Notes under the pieces: model-generated
What the model saw: only the letters and a program-made list of their open reading frames with translations
The model's database searches: none
What the model was told of the DNA's origin: nothing
Position numbers and translations under genes: made by a program
Part shown: in pieces, positions 35,403 to 48,562 of the stretch
Position numbering within the stretch: the stretch's first letter is position 1
Layout: each line of letters opens with the position of its first letter
Source: Octopus bimaculoides
Lineage: Eukaryota
Reading direction: 5' to 3'
DNA length: 64,000 bases
NCBI RefSeq assembly: GCF_001194135.2
Contig: NC_068982.1
Span: 1,892,481 to 1,956,480 of the forward strand

Positions 35403-37811
35403 GTCCAACCCTATTTTATTTAAGTGAAAAATATGAATTGCAGCGGAGGAAACTATTAATCCTGAACAACAAGATGCCGGTGCAGTGGAGTATCATGTAC
35501 GTCTCTTTCTCTGTCACTACTTGTGTGTGTCTCTCTCTGTCTTTCTCTGTTCGTAGACACATGTATATTTATTTATACATCAACTGTGGCCAAACATCAG
35601 TTGAGTGCCTCATACAATAATCTTCAAATCATAATCTATACTTTTTGGTAAGTGGGAATGCCAGATTTACCAGACTTTTATAATCGCTAGTTCTTGTAGA
35701 TGGCCATCTTGGCTGCCTGCTTTTGAAAACTCCGCCAAATGTATTTGTTGTTTAAGCATTAAGAATTATCTCCGTCAGGTGTTTGAAAAGTACGATACAT
35801 TGACATCATAAACTTAATTTCAGAATACAGAAATCCACAGCAGTATCTTGCAGTGAAAGTTGAGGACGATTTATTTCTCGAACTTGTTTTTCTACAATTT
35901 AATTATAAACTGTATTGTGTGAACCATCTTCAGACCCAGGTTGTCTTGTGATGCTATAAATTCCAATTCTATAGAAGATGATTTCGTATCCAGCGGTTTG
36001 AGAATTGGAAAACAAGCATTGACAAGTTAGTTGTGAATGGATTTGCAAGACAGACTCAGGAGCTTACGCAAGTAATCAAATCCCGTCAGGAAATTATAAA
36101 GTAGTCATTGTAAATTATCTTTGTATTCTTTCAGTTGTTTTCTTTTGTATATATATAAGAAAGATAATGAGATAGGAGAAACGAATGAAGTTTTTCGACA
36201 ATATGTTTCTTTGAAAATTTCTTAGTTTATTTTGAAAGTAAAAATTACTTTGGTAAGATCACAATGAATATAATCCTTCCTGCTCTAGTGCTACTAATTT
36301 CAGAGTTTCTACCAATAAGGAACCTCAGATCTTACGTCTGTTCATCATTCTATTTTCGAGAATAATAACTTATATTTAAGGAAAGTAATAAAATAGCGCT
36401 GACTGACAGGCACCTCACAATGCAATTGAGAGACATCAGTGAACTTAACTTCAAACGTCAGTTATTCAATAACATTTCTAAAATTCCGTTGAGTCTTTTG
36501 ATTTAAGTATAAACCTGTCATCTTCTATGGTAGATTTCTTAACATCTTCGAATTGAAAGCATCTCGGTGCTAAATGTTTCAGAAGAATAAGGCAGTGGAC
36601 ATGTAGAAACTCTGGAGAGTTGGGATCACTTTACATCCCTTTTCCGACACAATCACAGGTACTTCCTCACTTGCCGCCCTCACTATTTTCTTCGGTGGAA
36701 TATTAGCCTCTGTTAGTTGTACTTAATGGTAGCAATTCAATTGTTTCTTAAACGCCATTAAGTTCAACATTTTGTCTTTCACATTTTGACTAAACATAAA
36801 GAACAAATTCTTCCAAGTGACGGTCATCTCCTTTATCAACAAATAAACGAGAAGTATTTTAAATGAAAAGCAATTTGCCCGTAAAATTGGATACAGCCTT
36901 CTGCAGTATGCTGAGATAGAGATGTCTTTGCTATTGGTAGCTGTAAGGTCAGAGTGTTATTTCGTTTATTTATGTGTATTCGGAGTATGGACATACTGAC
37001 TGACCGCAGTAACACGCAACCCTGTGTTCTGTTATGGACTATGAACAGAGGTAATATTCAGTTACGTTTTAAACCTCAATTCAGAAATTGTATCGGCTTT
37101 TTCACTGATCGGGGTCAACAAATCTTTATTTATCAAGGGTTTTTATCACAGTAAATTGGGAAGCTTTTATCAAAGTTTCCTTAAATCTGATTTATGCGGA
37201 TTATCATTGAAGATTATTTGATGATTGGGTTTAAAGCTGTCTCACGTTACTGGTCTGTAACGATAGAGACATGTGAACTCTAAAAGTTTACCTACTTCAA
37301 TAGTTGATGCAAAAATTACCACCGAGGTTTCTTATATAATCTACATAACGTCTTTTACTCAAATTTAATGAAACTATTTTTGGTCAAAATATTTTCTCAG
37401 TTATTTGAAAACAAAACTTGTATTCAAAAGGCACAATGTAGGTTCATTAGCATCAGGGATATCTCGCTTACTGCAAATTCAAATTGCTTTCATGTTTCAC
37501 CATTTATTTTCAGCTCTCTTACAAACGTTTAAATGTCATTTCATAATCTGGAGGCAGCAATGAAAGTTACGACGTTTCGTAGACGAATACGTCCATGTAA
37601 ACAATGTGAATAAAGATAGAAAAAATAGGTAATGTGTTTATATGCATATTTCACGAGCAATGACTTTCGAAATATGCATATACACCCATTAGCTATTCTT
37701 ATTTATCTTCAATCGCATTGTTTATAGAGACGTATTCGTATACCAAACGTTGTAACTTGCTGTGCTGGCTCTGAATTTTATAGAAACTGTATGGAAATGA
37801 ACTTGAAAGTG

Positions 37812-37843
<32 letters not shown>

Positions 37844-38159
37844 GTATGTGTGTGTGTGTGTGTGTGTGTATTTAAACGCCCGTAGACCCATCATCGCATC
37901 CTGATTGACTGCACTTACACGCAAATCTGTATGTGTTTTGTTACTTTGCCTGTACCCTATATCGCAAAAGTTGTACTCCTCATTTGTCAGTGAATAAAAA
38001 TCGACTCACGTAAATATTGCTCCATCATTGAAGATACCATATTTTGACTGATGTAAAACCGATGTTTCAGCATGGCCTCAATTGTGATGGCGATAAGCAA
38101 CTTGTATTACAATTGCATGGGTTTCGGTTTTATTTTTCTGTGTCTCTCTTTCGCTCTCT

Positions 38160-38196
<37 letters not shown>

Positions 38197-38869
38197 ATAT
38201 AATGTACAGAACGCAAATGTGCTGTGTGTTTGTCAATAAGTACGTGTGTATGTTTGCTTGTATTTGCTAGCATAATTCTCCGTGATTGAAACGCTTGTCG
38301 ATTTATTCAATACACGATTGATAAATAAAATGAGAAAAACCTGACATGATGATGTCAACGACTTTATTACTAACATGCTTGCTAACCCACTCCCAACCCA
38401 CCCCACCCCCTTGTAGATCAAATATAAACAAATCATTAATTTCATTCCTACACCATTCAGAATTTTCACAGGAAATTTCATCGTACTGCTATCGTTTTTA
38501 TAATAATCTGTTATGTATTACACAACCTTGTGTGTGCGAGTGTGTGTCTTTGCATAAATCTTTCTCTCTTATTCTCTCTCTCTCTCTGACAGACATATAT
38601 GTATATATGCACGTGTTTTGTATATGAGTGTATGTGTGTATGTAGGCAGTGGGTATGCACAGAAACCCTTTTTAGCGATCGGATTCCTTAGTACCACATC
38701 CTATTCTGCATCATAACGAGTACCGGATGACAGTCTCCTGGACGACACCTACAAAGTAACATGTAATTGATCAAGTGTTTTTATTCACTCATATAAATGG
38801 GAATTTATGGTTAAAGAAATATCACGAATAATTTAAACTGAGATGCGCAACAGTTTTCTCCCATGACAG

Positions 38870-38943
38870 GAGAAGCTGGAGATTATAAATGGTGGACTCC
38901 TGGAATGATTGGAGGAGGAGTCTTTGTTGTGAGGTTCCCCTTG
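38870..38943 (+). CDS. candidate 74-nt exon, gene unknown
   Basis: Good acceptor ttttctcccatgacag|G; single open frame EAGDYKWWTPGMIGGGVFVVRFPL; weak donor TTG|gtacag. Confidence 0.25.
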
Positions 38944-39277
38944 GTACAGTAGACCTCGGACATTGATACGCGATGCTCATTGTGGTGTCTCATCTTCTGC
39001 AGACTATATTACGCAGATAGCAGTCTCGTTGGTCACTATTTATTGACGTGAATCCTTTTCTCTCAGCTAAGATATTCCAGAAGCATTTATGTCCCTTAAG
39101 AAAATTTGTTCCTCTTAAACTCTAACAGTGAGATTAATGTAGCAGTGAAGAGGGAATGTTATAATCAAGAGACAACAGCTTGAAAGAAGATATTTTTGTC
39201 ATTTTAGCAAGTAATACAACTTTAAAAGATAAAAAAATATATACACCACAAATATGCACATAGGTGCATAGTTATAC

Positions 39278-39572
39278 ATGCTGCACCCACTCCGTTGGTT
39301 GCAACGACGAGTGTTGATTCGATCAATGGAAAGACTTTGTTTGTGAAATTGTGCAAGTGGCTGAGCACTCCACAGACACCAATACCCTTCACGTAGTTCT
39401 CAGGGAGATTCAGCATGGCAAGATTGGCCCTTTGAATTACAGGTACAACTCATTTTTGCCAGCTGAGTGGATCGGAAATAAAGTGTTCTGCTCAAGGAGA
39501 CAACCCGTCGCCGTGTATTGAACACACGACCGTACGGTTTTAGTTGAATACCCTAACCACTAATCCACGACC
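39278..39572 (-). mobile_element. SINE family C
   Basis: gtgcaagtggctgagcactccacagacac...ggccctttgaattacaggtacaactcatttttgccagctgagtgg...gctcaagga.acaac...ccctaaccactaa. Confidence 0.85.
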
Positions 39573-39916
39573 TTTCAACCACACACACATAAAAAAAACA
39601 GGGCTCAACGAATTAAACAAAATATGTGTTGCAATGTTCTCATATGATAAATTCATGACTTTTGCAGAGGACGTAGGGTCCGGGCCTTGTTTTTTTGCAG
39701 TCTGTGAAGTTGTGACCCGACAATGTTGGAAACACGTGGAGGGTATATTTTTTCTATCTTTTATAAACGACTTACCGTTTACGACGGTTAGAGAAACAAT
39801 AATTTGAGAATTTCGAGATAATGATGATTGAAGCCTGTCATGTTCTTTGTGTGTTGGGTGGGAGGTGATTACCCTTTGGGATGGGGCTTCAATTCCTTTC
39901 ATATTGTTCGTTGAAG

Positions 39917-39996
39917 GACCAACAGCGGGGCATTAAAATATTCAATATGAGACTTAACAAACGTAAAGAAGAGATGGCTCTAGGATCTCTAGAATG
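39917..39996 (+). CDS. candidate 80-nt exon, gene unknown
   Basis: Strong donor ATG|GTAAGT; single open frame DQQRGIKIFNMRLNKRKEEMALGSLE; acceptor AAG at 39916 or CAG at 39925. Confidence 0.3.
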
Positions 39997-40574
39997 GTAA
40001 GTTCTGTGGATTCATGGACAAAAGAGCGGGCCACGTCGATAGAATTGTTAATTTTTGTATTCTAGTTCAGATACTTGCCGACAGACTCACCTAAGTCTAT
40101 AGCATTAAAAAACGTTGAATATGGCTGCCTAAGTTTCTCCTATTTTCCAAAAAAATGACGTAATTCTTTTCTTTCATTTAAAGAGTTCTCATTGTATCCC
40201 ATCGCAAAGATCCACTTGTAGGGTGAATGAAATGACAATTATTTTGTAGAGATGTGGAATAGCAACATATTTGGAGATTCCACTTTACACCTGGGATGTG
40301 GTGTAGAGCACTTAATCTGAGTTGATTCATTTGGGAACTATTGTAGTGAAAGTGAAGAGATTTTAGTTCCAGTGACGTCATGAATTCTTCGCTTGTTGAA
40401 GGTTGTCGAGACTGTGATGTTATTTTACACTTATTTCTGGATTGAGATGGTGAGAAAGAAGCACAAGAGAATTTCTTCTTGTTGGTGGAGCGGTAAAGAG
40501 TAGCGTGAATATTATTAGTGATAAACACATATTGTAAACATATGATGCTGGAAGTTAATATAAAATATATATCG

Positions 40575-40740
40575 AAGCTGGTGAGCTAGTAGAATCGTAA
40601 GCACGTCGGGCAGAATGCTTAGCGACAGTCCGTCAGTCTTTATGTTCTCAGTTCAAGTTCCTCTGCCGTCGAATTTACTTTTCATCCTTTCAGAGTCCTT
40701 AAAGTAAGTCAACTACATTGACCGAGGTGAATGAAGTCGA
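40575..40740 (+). mobile_element. SINE family B, degenerate
   Basis: gctggtgagctagtagaatcgtaagcacgtcgggcagaatgcttagcg...gttcaagttcc...ttttcatcctttc. Confidence 0.75.
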
Positions 40741-42298
40741 TTTATCACATTTGAAGCAAATATAAGTCAATTACAAATATATATTTATATGGTGTTTCAT
40801 GTCCTATATTTCTGGCAAACAACATGTGTAGTTTGGTATTAGAATAAGTTGATATTGACGCTGATCAATTATCTAATCCTGCAGTGTGTTTGTAGTTCAA
40901 GGTTTTATCGTGTTGGCTCATGAGGGAATTTAGGGCCTTAACAGGATTCCACTTCGGGCGGCAAAAGTTGCAGTAATGGTCTCCGTCACTTGTTGGTGGT
41001 GGTGATGGTGGTAATGTTATATTGGACTCGGTTGTTCGCTTGGAATTTTCCTCTTTCAAGGAGTTGATCCTGGCTGGTTCAAAGTGAGAGGGTGTGTGTA
41101 TGCGGAAAGGTAGTGTAGCGGTTGTACAGTCCATGGCCTGAGCCTGGTGTCAATCCTGTAGGGCTAAAAACAAGACATACATATACACCCATACATGCAC
41201 ATATGTGTGAGTGTGAGTGTATACATATATATATATATATATACATATTACATATATATATCTTCATGTATATAAGTATGTGCGTGTGTTTGTGTGTGCA
41301 TTTATATGAAGATATGTATACGTATGCACACACATATAGCCGTATATTGAATATATATATATATACACACACAACAAAACACATATATGTATTTGTCAGT
41401 ATAAATGTATGTACAGTATCATTGAAAGAAATAATGAGACTGGAATAGTTTGAGAAAAAGAAGCTGCAAAAACTAACCATTTCAGATATATATATAATGA
41501 ATGCGCTGATGAAATGTTGAAGACTCTTTGAAGTGCTGCGCAAACTGGCAATGTCGATAGCCTAGCCTGGATGCGATGGTGCTTCAGTCACGTATGTGTA
41601 GATCATTTAAATTTTGTGCAGATATCTAGCCAAATTGAATAACGTGCCAACGCCAAAATTTTGCCTAGAGTAGTGAATATCCACACAGTATCTTATGGAA
41701 ATTTACCCCAAATTGCCGGAAGTTCAGAGGTTTTTCCATAACATTATTATTTCTATATATTCTCTGTTTCCAAGTCAGCAGATTCAATGCAGGTTTTTGC
41801 CTTTCCTTTTTCTTTCTTTTTTGTAGAAGAATAAAACTAAAATCCAATACTACTTTCGTAAAGTTGGCATTAAAAATAAAGTAAATACATATATAAAGTG
41901 AAAATTTCGCTTGCGAGAGCAAAGCCATGCTTCTTACAATTTATGACAATGCGCTTAACAAGAGACTGATCAATTCGTAATTATGACAGCCTTTTTGTTA
42001 TACTCTGCATTTGCTTTAATGATGACGGTCACACGAAACGATTATCATTAACTGAACAAACACAATACAAATAGGAAAAGTAAGAAAGGATATTTAAAAA
42101 ATGCAAATACATACAAAATATCGGATATTTCAAAGTGTGCTTCGGGTTTGTCATGTATTTTGTACTTTCTTAATGTAAATTCATGTGTCAAATTTAAATA
42201 GACATAAAACTGCGTTTTAGAAGGTTATCTGATGCAAAACAAATGGTGTCATCAATATTTATTTTGGCGCACAAAACATATTTATACAGAGAATGTAA

Positions 42299-42338
<40 letters not shown>

Positions 42339-42411
42339 TTAATGTTAGTATGTTTTCTTGTCTTTGCGTGTCACACACACCACATACACATATTTATAAA
42401 GATATACAAAC

Positions 42412-42443
<32 letters not shown>

Positions 42444-42859
42444 NNNNNNNNNNNNNNNNNNNNNNNNNNNNNNNNNNNNNNNNNNNNNNNNNNNNNNNNN
42501 NNNNNNNNNNNNNNNNNNNNNNNNNNNNNNNNNNNNNNNNNNNNNNNNNNNNNNNNNNNNNNNNNNNNNNNNNNNNNNNNNNNNNNNNNNNNNNNNNNNN
42601 NNNNNNNNNNNNNNNNNNNNNNNNNNNNNNNNNNNNNNNNNNNNNNNNNNNNNNNNNNNNNNNNNNNNNNNNNNNNNNNNNNNNNNNNNNNNNNNNNNNN
42701 NNNNNNNNNNNNNNNNNNNNNNNNNNNNNNNNNNNNNNNNNNNNNNNNNNNNNNNNNNNNNNNNNNNNNNNNNNNNNNNNNNNNNNNNNNNNNNNNNNNN
42801 NNNNNNNNNNNNNNNNNNNNNNNNNNNNNNNNNNNNNNNNNNNNNNNNNNNNNNNNNNC

Positions 42860-42950
42860 TAGTTTCGCACTGGGGTTGATGTAAGCGACTTAATCCCTTT
42901 GTCTGTCCTTGTTTGTCCCCTCTATGTTTAGCCCATTGTGGGCAATAAAG

Positions 42951-42955
<5 letters not shown>
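42860..42955 (+). mobile_element. 3' tail of an unclassified retroelement
   Basis: gttgatgtaagcgacttaatccctttgtctgtcc...ttagccc.ttgtgggcaataaagaaata running into (TA)n; 5' part lost in the gap. Confidence 0.4.
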
Positions 42956-42988
<33 letters not shown>

Positions 42989-42989
42989 G

Positions 42990-43175
42990 TATACGTGTGT
43001 GTGTGCATTTCTTCCTGTCTGTTTTCCCTCCGCCACCGCTTCACAACCGGTGTCTGTATTTGCATCTCAGTAACATAGTGGTTCAATATAAGAGACTGAT
43101 ATAATAAGAGGCATAAAATATAAGACGTTGAGTTGTATTCGCTCGACTAAAATCCTTCAAGACTGAAACAAGTAA
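42990..43175 (+). mobile_element. SINE family A, degenerate 3' half
   Basis: ccaccgcttcacaaccggtg...gagactgatataataag...tcgactaaaatccttcaag...gaaacaagtaa. Confidence 0.7.
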
Positions 43176-43371
43176 ATATTCTTGTTGCAGCGACTCCGTA
43201 TTCATTTCTCATTCATCTTTTATGCCTTGTCTTGCTTCGGTTTTTATATATTGCTCACAAGAATTTAGGCGGTAAATATCAACCTGGCAATGTCATCGAT
43301 ATTGGAAATCAATCATTCGATTTGTACATCAAAGTATCTCCAGTTTGTTGAGTTCAATACGTAGTTGTGCT

Positions 43372-43882
43372 AACTTTATTTACACTGTGTTGCTCTCATG
43401 TCCATTTTCTTATATGCATCTATAGTTTGGTCTCACGCTGAGATTACTACATGGTACTTGAGACACACTCGAACATTCTCAAAGCATTCGGTGTCAATAA
43501 AAGATTTTTGGTAAAATAGAATAAAATTGCTTGCTTATAATTGGAAATTTCCAGAGCGCAAGGAAGTCATGTACGCCTGCAAATCGTAAAAAAAAGTTCT
43601 CCACCTGTCAACACCAAACACGGGAGAAGAAATGTCGAATGACTGAAACACAGCCTCCGCCAATTTGTCTATCGTTATCTTTTAGTTTAGTTTTGTTAGT
43701 CATTTGACTGCGGTCATACTAGGGCACTGCTCAGAAGAATCGAACTCAGAACCTATTATATCAACCAGGTTTGTCCAACAGCAAAGTCACGTGTACACAA
43801 ACGGGCCAGCACCATTTTCGAAGCGGTGGTGAGGGACGAATACAAACACAAACACACTCACACAACCGCGTGCGTGCACATG

Positions 43883-43915
<33 letters not shown>

Positions 43916-44208
43916 GACCGGATTCGTTCAGTTTCTGTCTACCAAATCCACTGAAAAGGCTTTGGTGTTGACAGGTGCAGAACTTTTTTTTTACGATTTG
44001 CAGGCGTACATGACTTCCTTGCGCTCTGGAAATTTCCAATTATAAGCAAGCAATTTTATTCTATTTTACCAAATATCTTTTATTGACACCGAATGCTTTG
44101 AGAATGTTCGAGTGTGTCTCAAGTACCATGTAGTAATCTCAGCGTGAGACCAAACTATAGATGCATATAAGAAAATGGACATGAGAGCAACACAGGGAAA
44201 ATAAAGTT
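43372..44208. repeat. long near-perfect inverted repeat (arms ~43372-43618 and 43961-44208)
   Basis: Core 43385-43618 vs 43961-44195 is reverse-complementary with about 2 mismatches by eye; ~340-bp spacer. Confidence 0.95.
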
Positions 44209-44315
44209 TTCCACTATAAGTGGAAAACACTTGCCCGACATGACACGCAGTGGGACTGAAACCAAGATCTTGTGGCTGGGAAGCAAACCTGTTACCATAC
44301 AGAGCCGCCTGCGTC
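43690..44315 (-). mobile_element. SINE family A split by the right arm of the inverted repeat
   Basis: 3' part 43690-43966 ends at aaatccactgaaaaggctttggt; head resumes at ~44215 (acacttgccc...acgcagtgggactgaa...gggaagcaa). Confidence 0.75.
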
Positions 44316-45019
44316 TATGTATACACTTAACAAATACACTGACACACATGCGCATTGTAAACCTTTCCTTCTCATCTCCACAAACGCTTAAAATATGCAC
44401 ATATAGAGACCTTTTACACAACTTCCTTTCTTCAACTTTTACGCCCATACAATAGTTTCTCCAAATAATCATCTAAGATATATTGGAATTCAGCAAATAC
44501 TTTGGAAGATTAGTAAACATTCAGCGGCTATACCAGAGCAGAAGCTAACGGCCTTGGACATGGCAAGACTCGCCTACCAAGTTCGACATACTCAGTGAAT
44601 ATAAAAATAAAACCGGAAATTTAGCCAAGTGTTGCTCCTGTGATTAAGCGTGCAAAGCAGCAACTGTTCTATTTCCAATCATCGTATGACAGATAGCAGA
44701 TCAATAGAATCCTTCAGTAATCATGTCTCTCTTTCTCTTCTTTATTTCTCTACATGTCACGTGTGTATCTAGCCATCTTGATTATTTTGTGTTTTCTTTT
44801 TCTGCCTTTCACTTTTCATTATTTCTTTCTTTCTTTTATATATTTTTTCTGTTAAGTGACTGAACATGATCGCACGAATGTTGAGAAGAGAATAAAAAGA
44901 AAGAAAAGCTGAAATTTTGTTTAGTATATTTCACAATAAACATAATAATATGTTAATAATAATAATAATTTTTAGCATAAGAAAAGAACATTTCGAGTTT
45001 GCGAATATGCGATTATATC

Positions 45020-45160
45020 AACTTAAGTTCCCAGTCGTTACTTATTTTAACCACCCATGATGAATGAATTTCGAAATCCATTGCAGCGAAATTTGAATGC
45101 AAAACATAAAATGCCGCAGAGAATTTTGTCCAACATTTCGAAGGATTCTGCCAATCTGTG
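45020..45160 (-). mobile_element. SINE family B, degenerate
   Basis: acttatttt...gatgaatgaatttcga...gaaatttgaatgca...aaaatgccgcagagaattttgtcc...gattctgcca. Confidence 0.6.
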
Positions 45161-45664
45161 GCCATAAAAAAGAATAATATTGCTACAGGCAACGTTTTAA
45201 GTATTGCTCTGTGTTAACATGCCACAGCAGAGAACATCTAAACAGAATCTAATGAGACACAATCAAAACAATTGAAATTCTACAGTTAAACCCAATGATT
45301 TCAGGCTTAACAAATGACATCTCAACTTATTGATTGGAATGAAATATAAATTCACGCTGCTTAATCCTTCATAATAAATGTGTTGACCTTGATCTTAAAG
45401 AAAAGATAATCGGAATGTGTGACCGTCATATGTTTTGCATGATAGGACCTTTCGACTTTCAGTATTTCCCCCATTATATGGTCATTAGAACTACATAGCT
45501 ACTCTCCTATGTTCTCAATGGTTAATTATTTCACAAATGTGTTCGCTCTCTACAAAACACATTCTTTAGTTTTGTCAGATATATTTGTCACTAAAATCTA
45601 ATTTTACTTTGGGCAGTATCCGCAAGATCATCTTCAGAATATTGATTTCATATTTTGACGCAAA

Positions 45665-45860
45665 GCCAGCAATTTGTGGGGATAGAGTAAGTCGATTACA
45701 TCGCCCCCCCCCCCCCCCCCCCACCGCCACTGCTCAACTGTTACCTGTTTTATCGACCTCTAACGAATGAGAGCCAAAGTCAACTTCACAGAATTTGATC
45801 TCAGAACGTAAAAGCAGAAGAAATAGCGCTAAGTGTTTTGTCCTCATCGTGAACGATTCT
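45665..45860 (-). mobile_element. SINE family B, degenerate, with poly-C
   Basis: gtaagtcgattacatcg(c)n...tttatcgacc...gccaaagtcaacttc...tttga.ctcagaacgtaaa...aacgattctgc. Confidence 0.75.
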
Positions 45861-46051
45861 GCTAGGTTGGTGCATTACTATTTTAGCATATTGCAATATG
45901 AGAGTAAATTGTAGCCAAAGATAAGCAATTTAGTTGTCAGATTATAATTTTAACGTTTGGTTTTATTGACATAAATGGATTCTGTATTACTAGGTCATTA
46001 TAGAGGTATTAAAACTGCATGGAAGACATTGTTAGAAGTACGGGGATGTGG

Positions 46052-46090
<39 letters not shown>

Positions 46091-46229
46091 CAATTGCAGC
46101 GTGGAAGGTGTTTATAAGACATTTAAAAACACACAAAAAGCGTTAGATTCAGTTCAACATTTAAATTTAATTTCCCAAAATATTTTCGTTGTTTGAGACC
46201 GCGACCTGTTCACTGACAAAATTCCGTGC

Positions 46230-46289
<60 letters not shown>

Positions 46290-46797
46290 TATATGTATGT
46301 ATATATGTGTGTTTCTATGTTGATCCATGTGTGTGTTTGTGCGCATGTATGCATGCACATGAAAGTCTTATAAGTCACAATATGTCTTGAGTGCTGGTAC
46401 TTGGGTTTCGTTATTTGGCTTTTGTTAAGCGGACGACAGATAAATCTTTTCAATGATATTAGGTCACCGATTCATTTATTTATCTTGGGAAGCATGTTTA
46501 TGAATTGTTACATATACACAATAGTTACCTCAATTAGAATATATAAAATTAACTGGATAACCGGGTAAATGTTTGAAATATATGCGAGCCGGTGAGAAAT
46601 TATAATCTCTGCACACACACACACACACACACACACACCTGTATGGATGTTGATGGGAATGTACGTGTACAACAGTAACCAACTGATTGTATGTATTTCC
46701 CAATCATACATAACACTTGCATATATACTGCTTGTGAGTGTGTCTTTAAATGCAAATATGCAGGTCTGAATATAGGTCTCTCTCTGTGTATATATAG

Positions 46798-46849
<52 letters not shown>

Positions 46850-46850
46850 A

Positions 46851-47726
46851 CGTGGTCTAATCAATAAGTGTCCGGACTGTTGCTGTAGTAAGGAATTTGA
46901 AGCGCCTGATACAGATTGTCCTTCAACTCTGTTGTGCATGCGCACTGAGTTTTAACGTTCTAGCGCACCTCTGCTGTTTACAGCAGTGCCTGGAAGGGAG
47001 TTGTGTGGCGTGTGATCGTCGCATTGACCATGGCAGACAAAGTTGAGCTGAGAATCTGCATCAACTTTTGCGAAAAGCTTGGCGATATCTGCTTAGGGAC
47101 CTATGCAAAGTTTTCAAAAAGTTTTCATCTTTCTCGACACAATCAAGGAGATCGTATGCAACTGAAACCCGAGTGTCTTTTTTGGTCAGGTGAAAACAGT
47201 TTTGGCACAAACTTGGTAGACACGCGACTCCTACCCAAACCTTCAGTGACCTGAACCGTAACTAATCTGCACATCCTCTGATAATTTACGGATGGTGATT
47301 CGACAATTTCCTCGCAGAGATGCACGCACATCTGTGATCTTTTCCTCAGTTCTGCTGAATGCGAATCTCTCAGAACACTTGTCAATATCGACATTCTTTT
47401 CGGTCATCTTGGAAACGTTTGAATCACTCGTACACTTGTGTACGGCTCATACACTCCTCTCCATACACTTTCTGCATCTTTGCACAGGCCTCTGCGCAGG
47501 TATCGCTATGACAACTTACTGTCTTACGGTCAATGCGATGATTACACACTACACACATTCCTTCCAAGCACTGCTGTAAACAGCAGAAGTGAAATAGAAC
47601 TTTAAAACTCATTGCGCGTGCACAACAGAGTTGAAAGTAAAGTAAATCTTTGTCAAGTGGCTTTACTCTGCGTGCTTTAGCTTCGTTACTATGACATCAG
47701 ACCGGATACTTATTGATCAAACCTCT
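46851..47726. mobile_element. mariner derivative made of two 5' ends in inverted orientation
   Basis: TIRs cgtggtctaatcaataagtgtccgg / ccggatacttattgatcaaacctct, TA on both flanks; left arm encodes MADKVELRICINFCEKLG (+); right arm encodes DTCAEACAKMQKVYGEECMSRTQVYE...KFVPKLFSPDQK (-). Confidence 0.88.
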
Positions 47727-47756
47727 TATATATATATGTATATATATATATATATA

Positions 47757-48289
47757 TATGGTGTCCGTAAAGTTAGGCTGAAAGCAAGTCTATGATACGG
47801 TTGCTGATGCAAATGTAAGAAGCCCAAAGAAATCAGTTCGCCGTGGTAGTTCAGAAATTGGTATCAAACGAACATCACTGCATAAAATTCTTAGAAAACT
47901 CGATATGAGACCTTGCATTCCGCGCCTAATTCACGGACTTCTGGAGGATGATCCTTATCGCAGGGCACAATTTTGCGAACAGTTTGTAAGTCAAGGAAGC
48001 TAAGAAATATTGGAGATCTTCGCCAGCTCATTATTTGACGCATTTGCTAATCTTGATCAACATTTGTGCACGGAAGTTTGTCACGGTGTGCTTTCACGTT
48101 GTCGAGAATGCATTGAAGCTTAATGGCTTACAATTTGAACGTTTACCATAACAGTTGTAAATGAAAGGCGTTGCCCGTATCGTTACAATATTTTCTGATG
48201 TGATACATATATTTTCTGAAAATCTTTTTAGTCTAACCGTGATATTTCTTTATTACAAACAACCGTCCAGTAACTTTACTGACACTGTG
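47757..48289 (+). mobile_element. internally deleted Tc1/mariner-superfamily element
   Basis: TIRs gtgtccgtaaagtta / taactttactgacac; N-part RSPKKSVRRGSSEIGIKRTSLHKILRKLDMRP...EDDPYRRAQFCEQF fused to C-part RNIGDLRQL...VLSRCRECIE..GLQFERL; DDE core absent. Confidence 0.85.
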
Positions 48290-48562
48290 TACACACACAC
48301 ACGCACACGTTAATTATTCGTGCGACTTTTCTCATGCAATTGCAAGTTCCATGTGAGTATTAATACACAAAAAATATTTTAAAAACGCATAAAACTTGGG
48401 ACTCCATATTAATACATTCTACCTGTTGCTATGGTTGAGTCAGTCTATTGAGTAAATGAGGTTAGTTCATATTGATCTGATATTAAAACATGCTTTAGCT
48501 TCTCCCCTACATAATAAAAACACGGCTCATTTTTTTGGCTATTTTACAAAATTCATTCAATA

